A stretch of 64,000 nt of DNA from positions 372,001 through 436,000 of the forward strand of contig JBPQGU010000013.1 in the NCBI GenBank assembly GCA_051362555.1. The letters are read 5' to 3'. Under the pieces are notes generated by a model. It ran no database searches. It saw only the letters and a program-made list of their open reading frames with translations, and was not told the origin of the DNA. This document shows positions 26,610 to 37,937 of the stretch, one piece after another. Each line of letters starts with the position of its first letter. The stretch's first letter is position 1. A program made the translations under genes and the position numbers. The stretch comes from Lingula anatina. Taxonomy: Eukaryota; Animalia; Brachiopoda.

Positions 26610-26883
26610 CTGGGGCGGATCCAGGATTTTTTGGAAGGGTGGTGGTGTTTTTTTTACGGATTGACAAGGCCTCGGAGTGCAAGGCCGACCCTCACCCCTT
26701 TGGAGTTATGTTTGGGGCACGCTCGAGGGCCACGAAAAAGGGTGTTTTAGAGGGAAAATATCTCCATTTGATACGGTTTATAACTATTATTCAGCTATAG
26801 ATTTTGGGTGTAATTTTTTTATCAGAAATCGAAGGGAGGAGGGGGTCTGGATCCCCCCTGACACCCCCTCTTTATCCGCCATG
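26610..26883. mobile_element. MITE of the C(A/T)GGGGCGGATCCAGG...ATCCGCC family
   Basis: Left CTGGGGCGGATCCAGGATTTTTTGGAAGGG, right GGATCCCCCCTGACACCCCC...TATCCGCCATG. Same architecture as 15526-15738. Confidence 0.7.
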
Positions 26884-28545
26884 TACATGTATTAGACCGT
26901 GAACATTCGTGAACAGTTTCAACCACAGTCCCTCGCCTGAAATGAGCCATGCCTGTCTGTAATTTGCATAACAATTACTTGCTCATCGTAGTGAGAGCTG
27001 TATTTCCGAATGCTCAGTAGGCAGTAGGACACAGCTAGGTGAAGACGCAATGTTCAACGTGCGGGTGCAGTCGCAACGCAGTCGTATGAGGCGTAGAAGC
27101 AAATGCATGTTTCGTAAGTAGCACTTTTTCTTCAGTATCGTATGTCAGTTGATAGAAAGAGAGTAGAAAAATGCAAAGAAATTTGCGACGAGTATTTACG
27201 GGTATGTTACTACTCTTTGTTGTCGTTGTCGCCTGTCGTTTCTGTTATGCCACTCAAAATATTATTTAGCAAATTAGTAAATGGGCATATTACCACAAAG
27301 ATCACGGACATATTTACATGATGGTACCGTACTTGTCACAGTTCCGAGCTTTTGATCCTAAGGCAATGAAGGATAGTCAGTTTTAGTAGGTTTGTTAATT
27401 TCATTATACATGTACCTGTAAAATGCTTGTAAGCAGTGTTGAAACACGGGGAAATGATTTATTCTAAAGCGAAATATGGTTCCCAAACGCGTGATGCAAA
27501 GCGATTTTAGATATTACAACTTTATATAGTAGGTAAAATAAATAAATAGTGATAACCTACACAAACTAGAGGAGTGTTTTCAATATTTTTTTTTTTTTTC
27601 AAAGCAAGATATCTGAAATATCTTTATTACTAACTTCAGGTCTTAAATGTGGCGTTAGGCAACATAGAATCGATTGCTTTTTTGGGGTGCTATCTGAGCC
27701 TGAACTATGGACAAGTCAGATATTGTTAACATTACCTTCTTATTTCAGAAGTCCACTGAGATACTGAGAACTGCACGGCACCTGGCTGCTAGCAACCAAG
27801 CCTGTCATTCACCCTCTGGAACCCTACGCACATCCATGCATCTTTTGTTTTAAAATTGAATAAATACGTTTGTCATTCCTTGTGTTCTTATTCACTTCCA
27901 TATGAAATGATGATAAAATATTAATAATAATAATAATAATAATAGAGGGTTAGGGGTAAAATTGTAAAGATATTATTGTTTGAGCACTTTCAAATTAAAT
28001 CTGCTAAAACTGATCTGTAAGCATTGTGTTTGGGATTGATGATTTCTCCAGTAACAGAGGATGTCGTAAATCGAAAGGATTAAAAGTTTTGTTAATATGC
28101 CCAGTATTTTGTAAATAATTGAGAGCATTTTAAGAATACATCTACAGGATTTCCAACAGCCCACATTTATAAATACAATTTGTATGAATTTACGATATTG
28201 CTTTTTTAAAAATCTGTCCTACATTTTTTATAGTGAGACGGGTTTTTTAATATCTATTTATAAATTAGTTCATCCTCCCAGATAAAATTTTCTTAATTTA
28301 ATATAAGTCCATATTCTAAGGGTTTTGGTTTGCTAGAGAAAATTGTTTCAAATTTCACGACCTTCTCATCAAACGAACGCTTCAATTTTAAATTAAAACG
28401 GAAATATAAGAGATCTTGACACACTTTTGAAATGGGAACAATGAAATTTGCTCCTCCACCCAAAACTTAGAACTGCATATTCTGATATGTTTGAAAATGT
28501 CTCATTTAAATCATAATTAAAATAAATTGATCCTTTTATATAAAG

Positions 28546-29071
28546 AAATGGACTCGCCCCACCTGTCACCCCTCAAATCGAATGGACTTGTCCCACCTGT
28601 CACCCCTCAGATGAAATGGACTCGCCCCACCTGTCACCCCTCAAATCGAATGGACTCGCCCCACCTGTCACCCCTCAAATCGAATGGACTCGTCCCACCT
28701 GTCACCCCTCAAATGGAATGGACTCACCCCACCTGTCCCCCTCAAATCGAATGGACTCGCCCCACCTGTCACCCCTCAAATGGAATGGACTCGTCCCACC
28801 TGTCACCCCTCAGATGGAATGGACTCGCCCCACCTGTCACCCCTCAGATGAAATGGACTCGCCCCACCTGTCACCCCTAAGATGAAATGGACTCGCCCCA
28901 CCTGTCACCCCTAAGATGAAATGGACTCGCCCCACCTGTCACCCCTCAGATGAAATGGACTCGCCCCACCTGTCACCCCTAAGATGAAATGGACTCGCCC
29001 CACCTGTCACCCCTCAAATGGAATGGACTCGTCCCACCTGTCACCCCTCAAATCGAATGGACTCGACCCAC
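28546..29071. repeat. 34-bp minisatellite, ~15.5 copies (AATGGACTCGCCCCACCTGTCACCCCTCA-AATCG/GATGA)
   Basis: Period 34 read directly (ATGGACT at 28548, 28582, 28616...). It explains the repetitive ORFs 28527-28880 and 28616-28885. Confidence 0.97.
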
Positions 29072-29404
29072 TTGAAAACTTTCAATGCAGGTCAGTGGTG
29101 GGTGGAAGGGTATCACGTGATTTTCGGGAGCCAATGAAATAAGCAGGAATTTTACACTCCGTTATAGGTAAACAAAATGGCACGTTCGACGCACCAGGAG
29201 GATTGTTTATTTAGGAGGCATGCACATAAATTTGGTGGGTATTTTAAAAGCATTTTACTATTTACAACGATCAGTACCATCTCAACTTAACTCATGTGAA
29301 GTGATTTTCAAGTGTTTGGTCTGTTTATGTTTTTATGACAATTTAAATTAGGCATAGCTTCATATGTAGTTTGACAATTGTAAACTGAAGTTTTCACACC
29401 ACAA

Positions 29405-29945
29405 GCCTTCTTTCAAGTGAAATATCTCGAAAAGCACTGGGACGATTTTTTTCCAACTTTTCAGTAATGTTGCTCATTTATTTGTTGACAAAAAGTGCCG
29501 ATGGCACCCGATGGCACCCCTGGATCTTTGGAGTTATAGACGGTATAATCCTTCATACCCAATTACGACCATTTTTGTAGGAATGCGTCTTTATAATGTT
29601 AAACTCCCTCATTAAAAAGCATATATCTGAAAAAGTAAACGGTAGATTTTTTCCAAATCTTAATCTGACGTTTTTCGTGTACCTTTTTACATAATATGTA
29701 GCCTGCAACTGACAGCACCCCTGGGTCTTGGGATATATAGACAATGCAGTGCCATGGCAAATTACGGCCATTTTTGTTTGAGTGAATTTTGGATCACGCA
29801 GACCCCGTCTTTCAAATCAAATATCTGAAAAAGCAATCGGACAATTATTTTCAAAATTGACAGAAATGTTGCTTAGATATTGGTTAGCAAAAAGAGCCTA
29901 TGGCACCCAATGGCACCCCAGGATCTTGAGAATTATAGGCTGTAT
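29405..29945. repeat. Diverged ~200-bp tandem repeat (~3 units) inside the TIR element
   Basis: ATATCT(C)GAAAA at ~29422, ~29623, ~29821, each followed ~90 bp later by GCACCCC.GG.TCTT.G...TATAG.C (~29514, ~29715, ~29913). Confidence 0.75.
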
Positions 29946-31411
29946 ATAGTGCATGCCAAAGTACTGTTTTGGTTATCCCACGGCCAGCATTTATAACAAC
30001 AGCATAATTGCACTTGTATATCACTTACATGCTTGTCTGTATTTTAAAGCATAATGTGCAATCTGATCACTATACAAGCACATTCCTACAACTGTTGAAG
30101 GGCTAGTCATGGTATTAGTCAGTTACAACTACTTGTCATTCACTGTGTATGATGTACAAGAGCCTATTATATCTCAACTGTAGCTCCATATAATAGCACT
30201 CTTTTATGCCACATACAGTAATTGGCTCAAGTACATATCAAATAAACATTTTTTTTTAAATACTGATGATAGTCTCATATCTTTTTCAGCATGGACTACA
30301 ATTTTTATTTTTGAAATGCTGTGCACTATAAAGGTGAGAAGTAATTCATCGGAATGCCATAGTTGTAAACTTGTGACTTATGTTTCCATTGCTCATCTAT
30401 TTCGTTAACATTGACAAAAACATGTTCTGTGTTTGTTTTGCCTAAACTTTCATTTTAATCTTACTATCATAAAAATTGAAATCATATTTAAGTATAATGG
30501 TAACAGGTTACCTAAAAAGTTGAAGCCTTATCCAGTTAAATAATAATAATATCAAATATAAAACATTTACTGCTTTTTAATTTCAGGGAATGGAAACAGC
30601 TTTTAACCTCATAATGGGATACCGCCTATGGATTGTAGCTGAAATTAGAGACTTGAGATAACAGGAATGATGTTTGTTATTTCCAAAATCTGTGCCTTCA
30701 TGGAGTGTGACATTGTAATAAACATGATTGCTTTTTAATTACTCAGTCATCAAATGTTAAATTAGTAGTTTGTCACAATATCAAATATTGTATTATCTGC
30801 ATAGAGAATTCCCCTCATCTTTTGTAAGTTAAGTTTTGATTAATTAAGTAAAGTGAGTAGTAAGTCTCATGAACTTGGAGAAAATTAAATACTGCAGATC
30901 TTGAAAAAACTTCGTTTATTGTGATTTCTGTCAGGTATGAGGATTTGTAAATGTTGATAATACCTGTACATTACATTTTCTGTCTCTTATTATATGCATT
31001 TACCATGATTTCTCACTCTGAGTAATGTTCGCATCTGGCAAACTAACTTGAAATTCAAGGCATATTTTATAGTTTTAAAAAAGTGATATTAAAATCTGAC
31101 CAATACGAATTTAAAGTAATCTGAATTCTATCAGGATTTCAGTCTTGCCTGTGCTATGTATGTATTTGTAGGTTGTCACCCTTTTAAATCATTTAAAAAG
31201 TATTATTATATTATTTCAATATTATGTGAATATTTAAATGAGTTATAAAATTTATAAGAAAAATGTAAGAAATAAAATATACTGTTAATTATGTTTTTAT
31301 GAAATATGTGAAATAAAAAGTTTATAATCATATCAAAGTTCTTCCATTTGTTTATGATAATTTTGTCATTTTACATTTTCTTTGCCTTAAACTTTGGTCA
31401 AGCTTACTTTC

Positions 31412-31412
<1 letters not shown>

Positions 31413-31465
<53 letters not shown>
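31413..31465 (+). repeat. Poly(A) tract, ~53 nt
   Basis: Uninterrupted A run; explains the poly-Lys ORF 31348-31536. Confidence 0.95.
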
Positions 31466-31467
<2 letters not shown>

Positions 31468-32831
31468 TTGTCACATGCCCTTTCTTATAGTTATCTGAAT
31501 TATCAACTTGTCATAATTTACTATTTTAATTTCTAGAGTTAATTATTATTCTTATTCAAACAAGAAATTATCAATTATACACAGAAAAATTAAAGTCAAT
31601 AACAAATCAACACTGCCAGCAAATTTTACTCTGCCCAAGCTACAGTCACTATATATAGGATAGTAGGCCTACACACTGACAGAGATGTGATACCTATGCC
31701 ACGGTGACATTTTACAACTCTACTCGTCGGTTTGTTGATCATAAATTGCACATTTTTTCAAGTGTTTCATTATTAGTTTGTAGCATCCATATTTATATTT
31801 ATATACATTTATACATAATGAAACAAAGTCGGCGTAACGTTACGCAAATGCCCCAATAAACAATGCATCGCACACAGTTGCACCAACGCTTTACTGGACG
31901 AAGACGCAGGAAGACGTCGCCTGGAGCTCACTTTCGATGTTCACTCTTCGACGGCAAAACGTCAAATGACTGACGTGCGTGCGCATCTTTTGACGTATCA
32001 CGTGATACCCTTCCAACCACCACTGAATGCAGGTCGTCTTCTTACAGGGTCTAGCTATCCAGTGACCAACCAGGAGCATAGCTTGCACTGCGATGCGCGA
32101 CTTTTTCTTATGCAAATTACAACTGGTACAGTGCATGGCACATTTGAGGAGTTGCTGTGGAAATTGGTCTCAAAGAACGGCGAAATTATGGAAATTATTT
32201 TACTATTGTGACAAGGCTATTACCCGCGTAGACCTATTTGTCACCATACATAATATTTTTCTAGGACAACTAGTTTATATTAAATCAAAAACTAAAAATA
32301 GCAATGAAGATAGGTATAACAAGTAAATGATGATGCTCATACATTCGGGGAGTAGCTTTGCGTAGGATGAAAAATATTGTATTGTACGCCCCCCTGGCTG
32401 TCGATTGTAAGTAATAGACATAAACTGGCCCGCTCGAAGATTCTGCGGGTCCGTGGTCAAAGTTAAATAAAAATAACCATGATTAAGGGAAGTTATTGAA
32501 GCTATCAATTTAAGATTTTAGAGATACTAATAAATTTACCTTTTTTAACACTGGTCGTATTCACAAAAGATCGTAAACATTACAGAGAGAAGGAAAAGTA
32601 CCCAAGAGAAGGGAGGTGGGGGGGGGGGGGGGGTGTGAAGGAGCGCAATGTGAAACAAATTAATATTATGTTCTTATTTATCTATTCAATTTCATAAATA
32701 ATTTGTAAACTCTTCACTCTTGATTCAAATAAATAAAAAGCAACAATTAAAACTTGTAGTACTTGCCACAGAAGCCAAACTGAAGTAAAACATTTGAAAT
32801 AGCATAAAAAGAGGAAGACAAGTAAAAAAAA

Positions 32832-33450
32832 TTAAATTCTCAAATTTTTAGAAACTAATAATCTTTCTTCGACAGTATCCTTAACATAACCGTCTTTTGT
32901 GTTTTCAGATCGCCATCTACCGTGTTTCTTAAACAGTCTGTCTTTAGTCCCTGCATTAGAATCCAGCATATGAAATCAAACAAACGGAAAGTACTCGGAG
33001 ATCCTTCAAAGTGACTTCAGAACTCATAAAATTAGTAACCAATTTAGAAATGTGCTTAGCAGTTACAGGTTCCTTTTTTGTTACTCTATGATCTTTCCGT
33101 CTCTGAGATGCTTCCTTCACTGCAATAACGAATTTTGACTCGCAATTTCGGATTTTTCTTACAGTTGGCTGTACCATGAAACCATTTTAAAGTGTAAAAA
33201 GATGTCTAAACCGCAGCAGAATAATTACAAGTTTGTGACAAATTTTGAAGATAAAAAGCAACAATCGAGTCTTTCGCTGTAAAGAAAGAGGTCACACCGA
33301 TCGTATTACACCGTTCAAGCCATTTTTGGAAGCCGTAAGAATATTTTCTCACTGTGTTGTCTGCTCTTGACTTCAAAATGACATCTGGTAATGAATCTGC
33401 TAAAGCCTTCAAACTTTTATTGCTTGTAACCTTCACGTCTTGGAGGATAG
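32832..33450 (-). pseudogene. Tyrosine recombinase (phage-integrase-like) of the DIRS/Ngaro element, frameshifted and internally deleted
   Basis: N-terminal domain and HGRW...Y box are present. The segment from the catalytic Arg after YAGF through the HxxR box is missing. Confidence 0.85.
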
Positions 33451-33663
33451 CATTATCAAGAAAACATGAAAAAGGAAAAAAAGAAAATTTTTGAAAACAA
33501 AACTCTAGCAATCGTTCCCATAATCTCTGTTCATTCTGGACAATAATCATGTCCATGTTAACTGTCATTGATCAATGATTGTGATCCTAATGGCCATTTC
33601 TTCCATTCCTTCCTTCAATGTTGCAGAACTCCATTACAGCATGTTGTATCTATAACCCATTGG

Positions 33664-33830
33664 TAACTAGAGCGCAGACCTCCGCCAAGGCAGCGATTTT
33701 TTATTATTATTGATTTTTGATTGATTATTGATCCGGATCACCACCAAAAAATAATCATCTCTTCCTTGGCCCACTTCGTGCAGTTCCTGAAAAATTCATC
33801 AAAATCGGTCTAAGAAATACATAAACAAAG
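33664..33830 (+). mobile_element. Short Helentron/HINE-like (MER6/DINE-1-type) insertion within the DIRS element
   Basis: AACTAGAGCGCAGACCTCCGCCAAGGC start, GATCCGGATCACCACCAAAA and CCTGAAAAATTCATCAAAATCGGTC core motifs, resembling non-autonomous Helentron families. Recognised from memory. Confidence 0.6.
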
Positions 33831-34719
33831 CCATCTCCATTATATCAATGATCCAGTGATCGTCTGTTTATCTCTCCTTCGAAGAAAGTGAGTTTTAAAT
33901 TCTATAAACAGATGACCAATTATTCATCTACTTTAAATCCCTTTAAATATGAAAAACTTATTCGTATTTAAAACAAATGGTCCCAAACCGGGTTTTCTGG
34001 CATCTGAATAGACCGTTTTTAACTTACTAGGCAAGCTTTGTACACGTAGACTTTTCTCATTAAAAAAAAAAAAGAAAACTAAATTGTCTTTCCAAAAATT
34101 AATTCTTTAATGCAAGACATTCGTCTTTAATATTAATATTAAAATCCCAATGCTTCCTCTAGTTATTTATCTAGATACATTTCCAATCAATGGAGACATA
34201 ATAATAAAACAGAAATAATTTTACCTGTAACCCTGGCCAATTTTATAGCTGTTATATACGGTAAATCTGAAACCAATTCGTCTAAAAGACAGAGCATTAC
34301 TAGTACATGTAGAAAGCCTTCTTTCGGGAATAAACAATCCCCTTACTTCCATGTCCCAAATAATCCCCAACCATTCCAATTTGTTGACTGGTTCTAATTT
34401 ACTTTTTTCAGCGTTTAAAACAAAATCTGCTTTAAACAGATCCATTTTAATTTTTTAGAATGTAGTTTTAAATGTAATATATTTTTCTAGGGAATTTTCA
34501 GACACAATACCGTCATCTAAATAAACAACAATGGGGATTCCATTTTTCTCCAATACCCAACTAAACGTCTAAGTATTTTAGTAAAAATAAACGGTGCTGA
34601 AGAAAGGCCAAACGAAAGTACCAAAAAAAAAAAAAAAGAATTCTTTCCGTTGATTTAAAAAAGTTTGAGATGCCGGAGCAATATCTAAATGGTGAATAAA
34701 TAAATAAACACAACACTTA

Positions 34720-35445
34720 ACTGCAGAATTATCTCAACAAATATTATCTGTGGTCTTGCTCACATTCCCAAAAGTGAGAGTGTAATATGCCTTTGGTCCA
34801 TGCAACCAGATCTCTTGTCCTCCTTGTCTGTTCAGCCTAAAATATAAAATTGCAAGACAGCTATTTAATTCTTAATGCATAACTCTATTAAAAAGGAAAA
34901 TGTCCATGATGGAAAAAAACTCATTTATTTTTTCTACCTGAAGATATGGAAAATGGTGCAATAGTTTGTGTTGTTCTCATGCATATCTACTCACAGTGAT
35001 TTTTGCCCCATGCCAAATGTCCCACGAATGTTTTATCCCGATTCATTTTTTTTTTTCTGAAATAAGAAAAATTTAGCTAAATATATAGAGAGATATAACA
35101 AAAAAATAGCAAGAATTGCAACTAAATAATCACATACATGTAGATACATTTCACATACTAAATTTGCTTTCTAATTATTATAGTAAGACCTAAACAGCAC
35201 TTTGTACTTAAGTGTGCAACAAGGGCATCTTTGACCACTTCTGTTGCACTGATTCCTTTTTTTTTTTTTCAGGAAATCCATAGCCCTGACAAACCCTTCC
35301 TTCTCCATTACAGAGCTACTCAGCTTGGTTTCTTTCTTCCTTACAACTTCTGCTTCCAACACATCCCCTGTTTCATAGTCAACAATAATGCTCGCGCAAT
35401 ATTGTGCACTATGTTCTGGGCTGTCCATTCTGCCATCAACTATGA
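34720..35445 (-). pseudogene. Intron-containing DNA transposase remnant, Kolobok-like
   Basis: DGRMDSPEHSAQYC...EVVRKKET..SS.VMEKEGFVRAMDFL (35440-35270), then IKHSWDIWHGAK (~35038-35000), then LVAWTKGI..HFWEC (~34810-34765). Minus-strand TTTCAG and TTTTAG acceptors and a GTGAGT donor separate the blocks. The superfamily assignment is from recalled motifs. Confidence 0.7.
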
Positions 35446-35650
35446 ATAAATGGGATATATCGAAACACGGACATCATAAATATGTGGTGCGACAATTCCT
35501 AAAACAACACTTGGTGGGATTTAGGACACATTCCTATAGACACCACAGGTCTACATTGATCGACCAGACTTGGCATGGATTTTCACTGCTATCAGCTGAA
35601 TAGGTAACCCCCCCCCCTCTAAGAAATAAAATTGTTCATGTTCCTTTTGT

Positions 35651-35652
<2 letters not shown>

Positions 35653-35719
<67 letters not shown>
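35653..35719. repeat. (TA)n microsatellite, ~33 units
   Basis: Perfect AT dinucleotide run. Confidence 0.98.
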
Positions 35720-35723
<4 letters not shown>

Positions 35724-36379
35724 CCAAAGGAATAGAGGGTAATAAGTCATACTCAAATTATATTTTAGGATGCCAACCCATGTTATTTTCATCTTATTCC
35801 TTCTCAAAGTGTGTCTTGCCGTTAAATGTAAAGCTCTATGTTATTTAATGAAAGACAATATAAGTTCCATCTGTTTAGAGATGTATGTCGGTCTGCTTTA
35901 TAGCAATTAAGTCCCTGCTGTGGTTTAGGCCTACTGGTCACAACCAGAACATCAGAACCACTGCTTCCATCCACCGCTTCTACTTGTGGACATGGGTACA
36001 CTTGATATAGAAACAAAACACGCATTTAGTTAAAATTTTAGATTAATCCATTTAATCCATAAAGTTTAAATAACACATTTGCAATAAAGTTTTTGATTAA
36101 GTTTTTTATCAAAATTAAAATAGATTATTGTAATAATGTTATTAAAGTATGTGCCCTTTTTCAAATGCAAAGAATGCAAAGCAACCCTTATATATACATG
36201 TACCTGTATATAAATATGTTTGATATTTAAGCACATTGCTTGGAGATATTTAAGCACATTTAAAAGACACTCACTCAGAAACAGAGTTTTCAATATCGCT
36301 TAATTTGGGATCAGGAATGGACTTAGCAGTGGTCCTCACCCTCGCCTGAACAAAGAAGCTCAAACAAATCAAGAACAAA

Positions 36380-36790
36380 TCAATATCCGAATAACGACGG
36401 TGATATGGCCCTGCTGGCGCATATTAATTTCGTGATCTGTAAACACAGGGAATCAGCAGTTGTAAACATTCTCTTATAGTATATTTTGAACAAGCTGTCT
36501 GTACAGGGAGGGGGGGGGCGGGGTCGGCCCGCCCCCTTAAAATATTCCTGGATCCGCCCCTGGATCCGCCACATGGTACCTATCTGTATCTTAAAAAAAA
36601 AAAAAAACTGCTGGTATATGATAGACGGGAAGAGGGAGCGCATGGGAAATGACGGTGTAGGCCGGATCTAAAGCCTTCCACAGTTTCAGCAGTAACTTGT
36701 TGGTCACTTCGTTCATTCCACTCGGTGACTGTTCTGGTAAAGAAAGAGTTTCAAACTGGTGTGTCGCAGTGTGATTCTTGCACTTAAAGT
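36380..36790 (-). mobile_element. 3' end of a non-LTR retrotransposon (LINE ORF2 C-terminus plus 3' UTR), interrupted by a MITE fragment
   Basis: Minus strand reads ...NSFFTRTVTEWN then, frameshifted, QQVTAETVEGFRSGL, resembling the SFFPRT..EWN.L...A..VE.F C-terminal signature of CR1/L2/RTE-X-like ORF2. Confidence 0.55.
36503..36575. mobile_element. MITE end fragment(s) of the GGATCCGCCCCTG family
   Basis: CCTGGATCCGCCCCTGGATCCGCCACATG: a doubled TIR motif matching the other MITEs in the window. Confidence 0.6.
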
Positions 36791-37937
36791 TTGTTTTAAA
36801 TCCTAATATTAGCACATAAATGTAATTTATTCTAAAATGTGAGGCCTAATTATAAGGAGCTACGGGCAAATTTCTTCAACAATCAGTTTCTTTTTCAAAC
36901 TGATTGTTTGACACATCATGATAACAACGGAAACCACCAAACTTCAATTAAGATAATTAATTGTATTTATGTAGCAAATGGGTTGTTTTAGTGGTGGTAT
37001 TAACTTTTTGGTAATACATCAACGTTTTGTTTATAGGAAATTAGTCTGGTTAGTTAGTAGTAGGTAGTAGGATGGTAGTTTGGGTCTTGTGTCTGCACAT
37101 TTTTACCTTAAGTAGTTGACCAAGGCAAGGTGATAACAGATGTCCCGGGTTAAGGAATTTCTTAGCTGCTGTGTATCTAGGCACACACATTTGCACCCCC
37201 ACCTTTAATAATTATATATTTCTTTTTAGTTACCCGCACGAAAATGCAGTAGTATCGAAGTAGCAAAGCGGCGGGAGCATATTTGCAGAATAGCCTACTG
37301 CAATTCTACTCCAAAAAGTACATAGGTTTGTACAGAGAGGAGCATAAATGCATAATTTTTTTAATTCCCATGACAAAACACCCCGGTGACTCCCTTCGCC
37401 ACATAAGTTTTCATGTAATTATTAAACAGAGCAAAAAATCTCCCTATTTCTGTAGAATTATAAATTTTATGAAAGATGTTTTTGGGACTAATTCTATTGA
37501 GCTGCATTCAGTGAGAAGTCATTCAGCTTTGTAGCTGCGGAGATATTGACGGCCGCACTAAAAAATTCCTGCAAAACTGCATGAACAGAATATTTTGGTG
37601 AAACATTTCCTATTCTCATAGACAGCAGACTCACTGACGTAACTCCCAATGCCACAAAAAGTTACTTTTCATACCGGCAGTACTGTAATTGAACATGTGC
37701 ATTCTCTTGTTTGTAAACAAACCACTGCACTGCTCACAATTGTAAGCTCCCTCCGCCAGATGTCCGAAACTGTATAGCACTGAGCCAGGTCTCGCCAAAA
37801 ATAAGAAGCAATTTAGGCCCAAACCTGCTACTTGACACCAAATTAACCACTAGCAACACACAAAAAAGGCAGGAAAAAAACTGGAAACAATCACTAATTT
37901 TTCAAGCAGAACTTCATTCGTCTATAACAGTCCGTGA

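Larger units (their letters stand above)
29093..32025. mobile_element. 2,933-bp non-autonomous cut-and-paste DNA transposon, 29-bp TIRs, 9-bp TSD AATGCAGGT
   Basis: Left CAGTGGTGGGTGGAAGGGTATCACGTGAT; right end reverse-complements to CAGTGGTGGTTGGAAGGGTATCACGTGAT (28/29). AATGCAGGT at 29084-29092 and 32026-32034. No transposase ORF inside. Confidence 0.93.
32330..34700 (-). mobile_element. Second decayed DIRS/Ngaro-like retrotransposon (RT, RNase H remnant, tyrosine recombinase, 3' region), 5'-truncated
   Basis: Minus-strand motifs: HHLDIAP (~34695); VLSFGLSSAPFIFTKILRRLVGYWR and IVVYLDDG (34620-34510); NAEKSKLEP..LEWLG..WD...LFIPERR (ORF 34221-34445); YSDA (~34010); YR N-terminus SRADNTVRKY..F.KW (33206-33568); KKEPVT...DLR...CLISYAGF (32956-33177); C-terminus DRLFKKHGRWRSENTKDGYVKD...RLLVSKNL (32945-32835). 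The 3' boundary is approximate. Confidence 0.9.

Noticed and set aside
27960-28300. Possible L1/Tx1 ORF2 C-terminal remnant on the minus strand
   Set aside because: Only vague WE.EL, QYR and Cys-spaced motifs; too degraded to call without a search.
28527-28885. Pro-rich repeat proteins (117 aa and 89 aa ORFs)
   Set aside because: The 34-bp unit is not a multiple of 3; these ORFs are translations of the minisatellite.
31348-31536. Poly-lysine ORF or processed retrocopy tail
   Set aside because: It derives from the A53 tract, with no convincing TSD or upstream element body.
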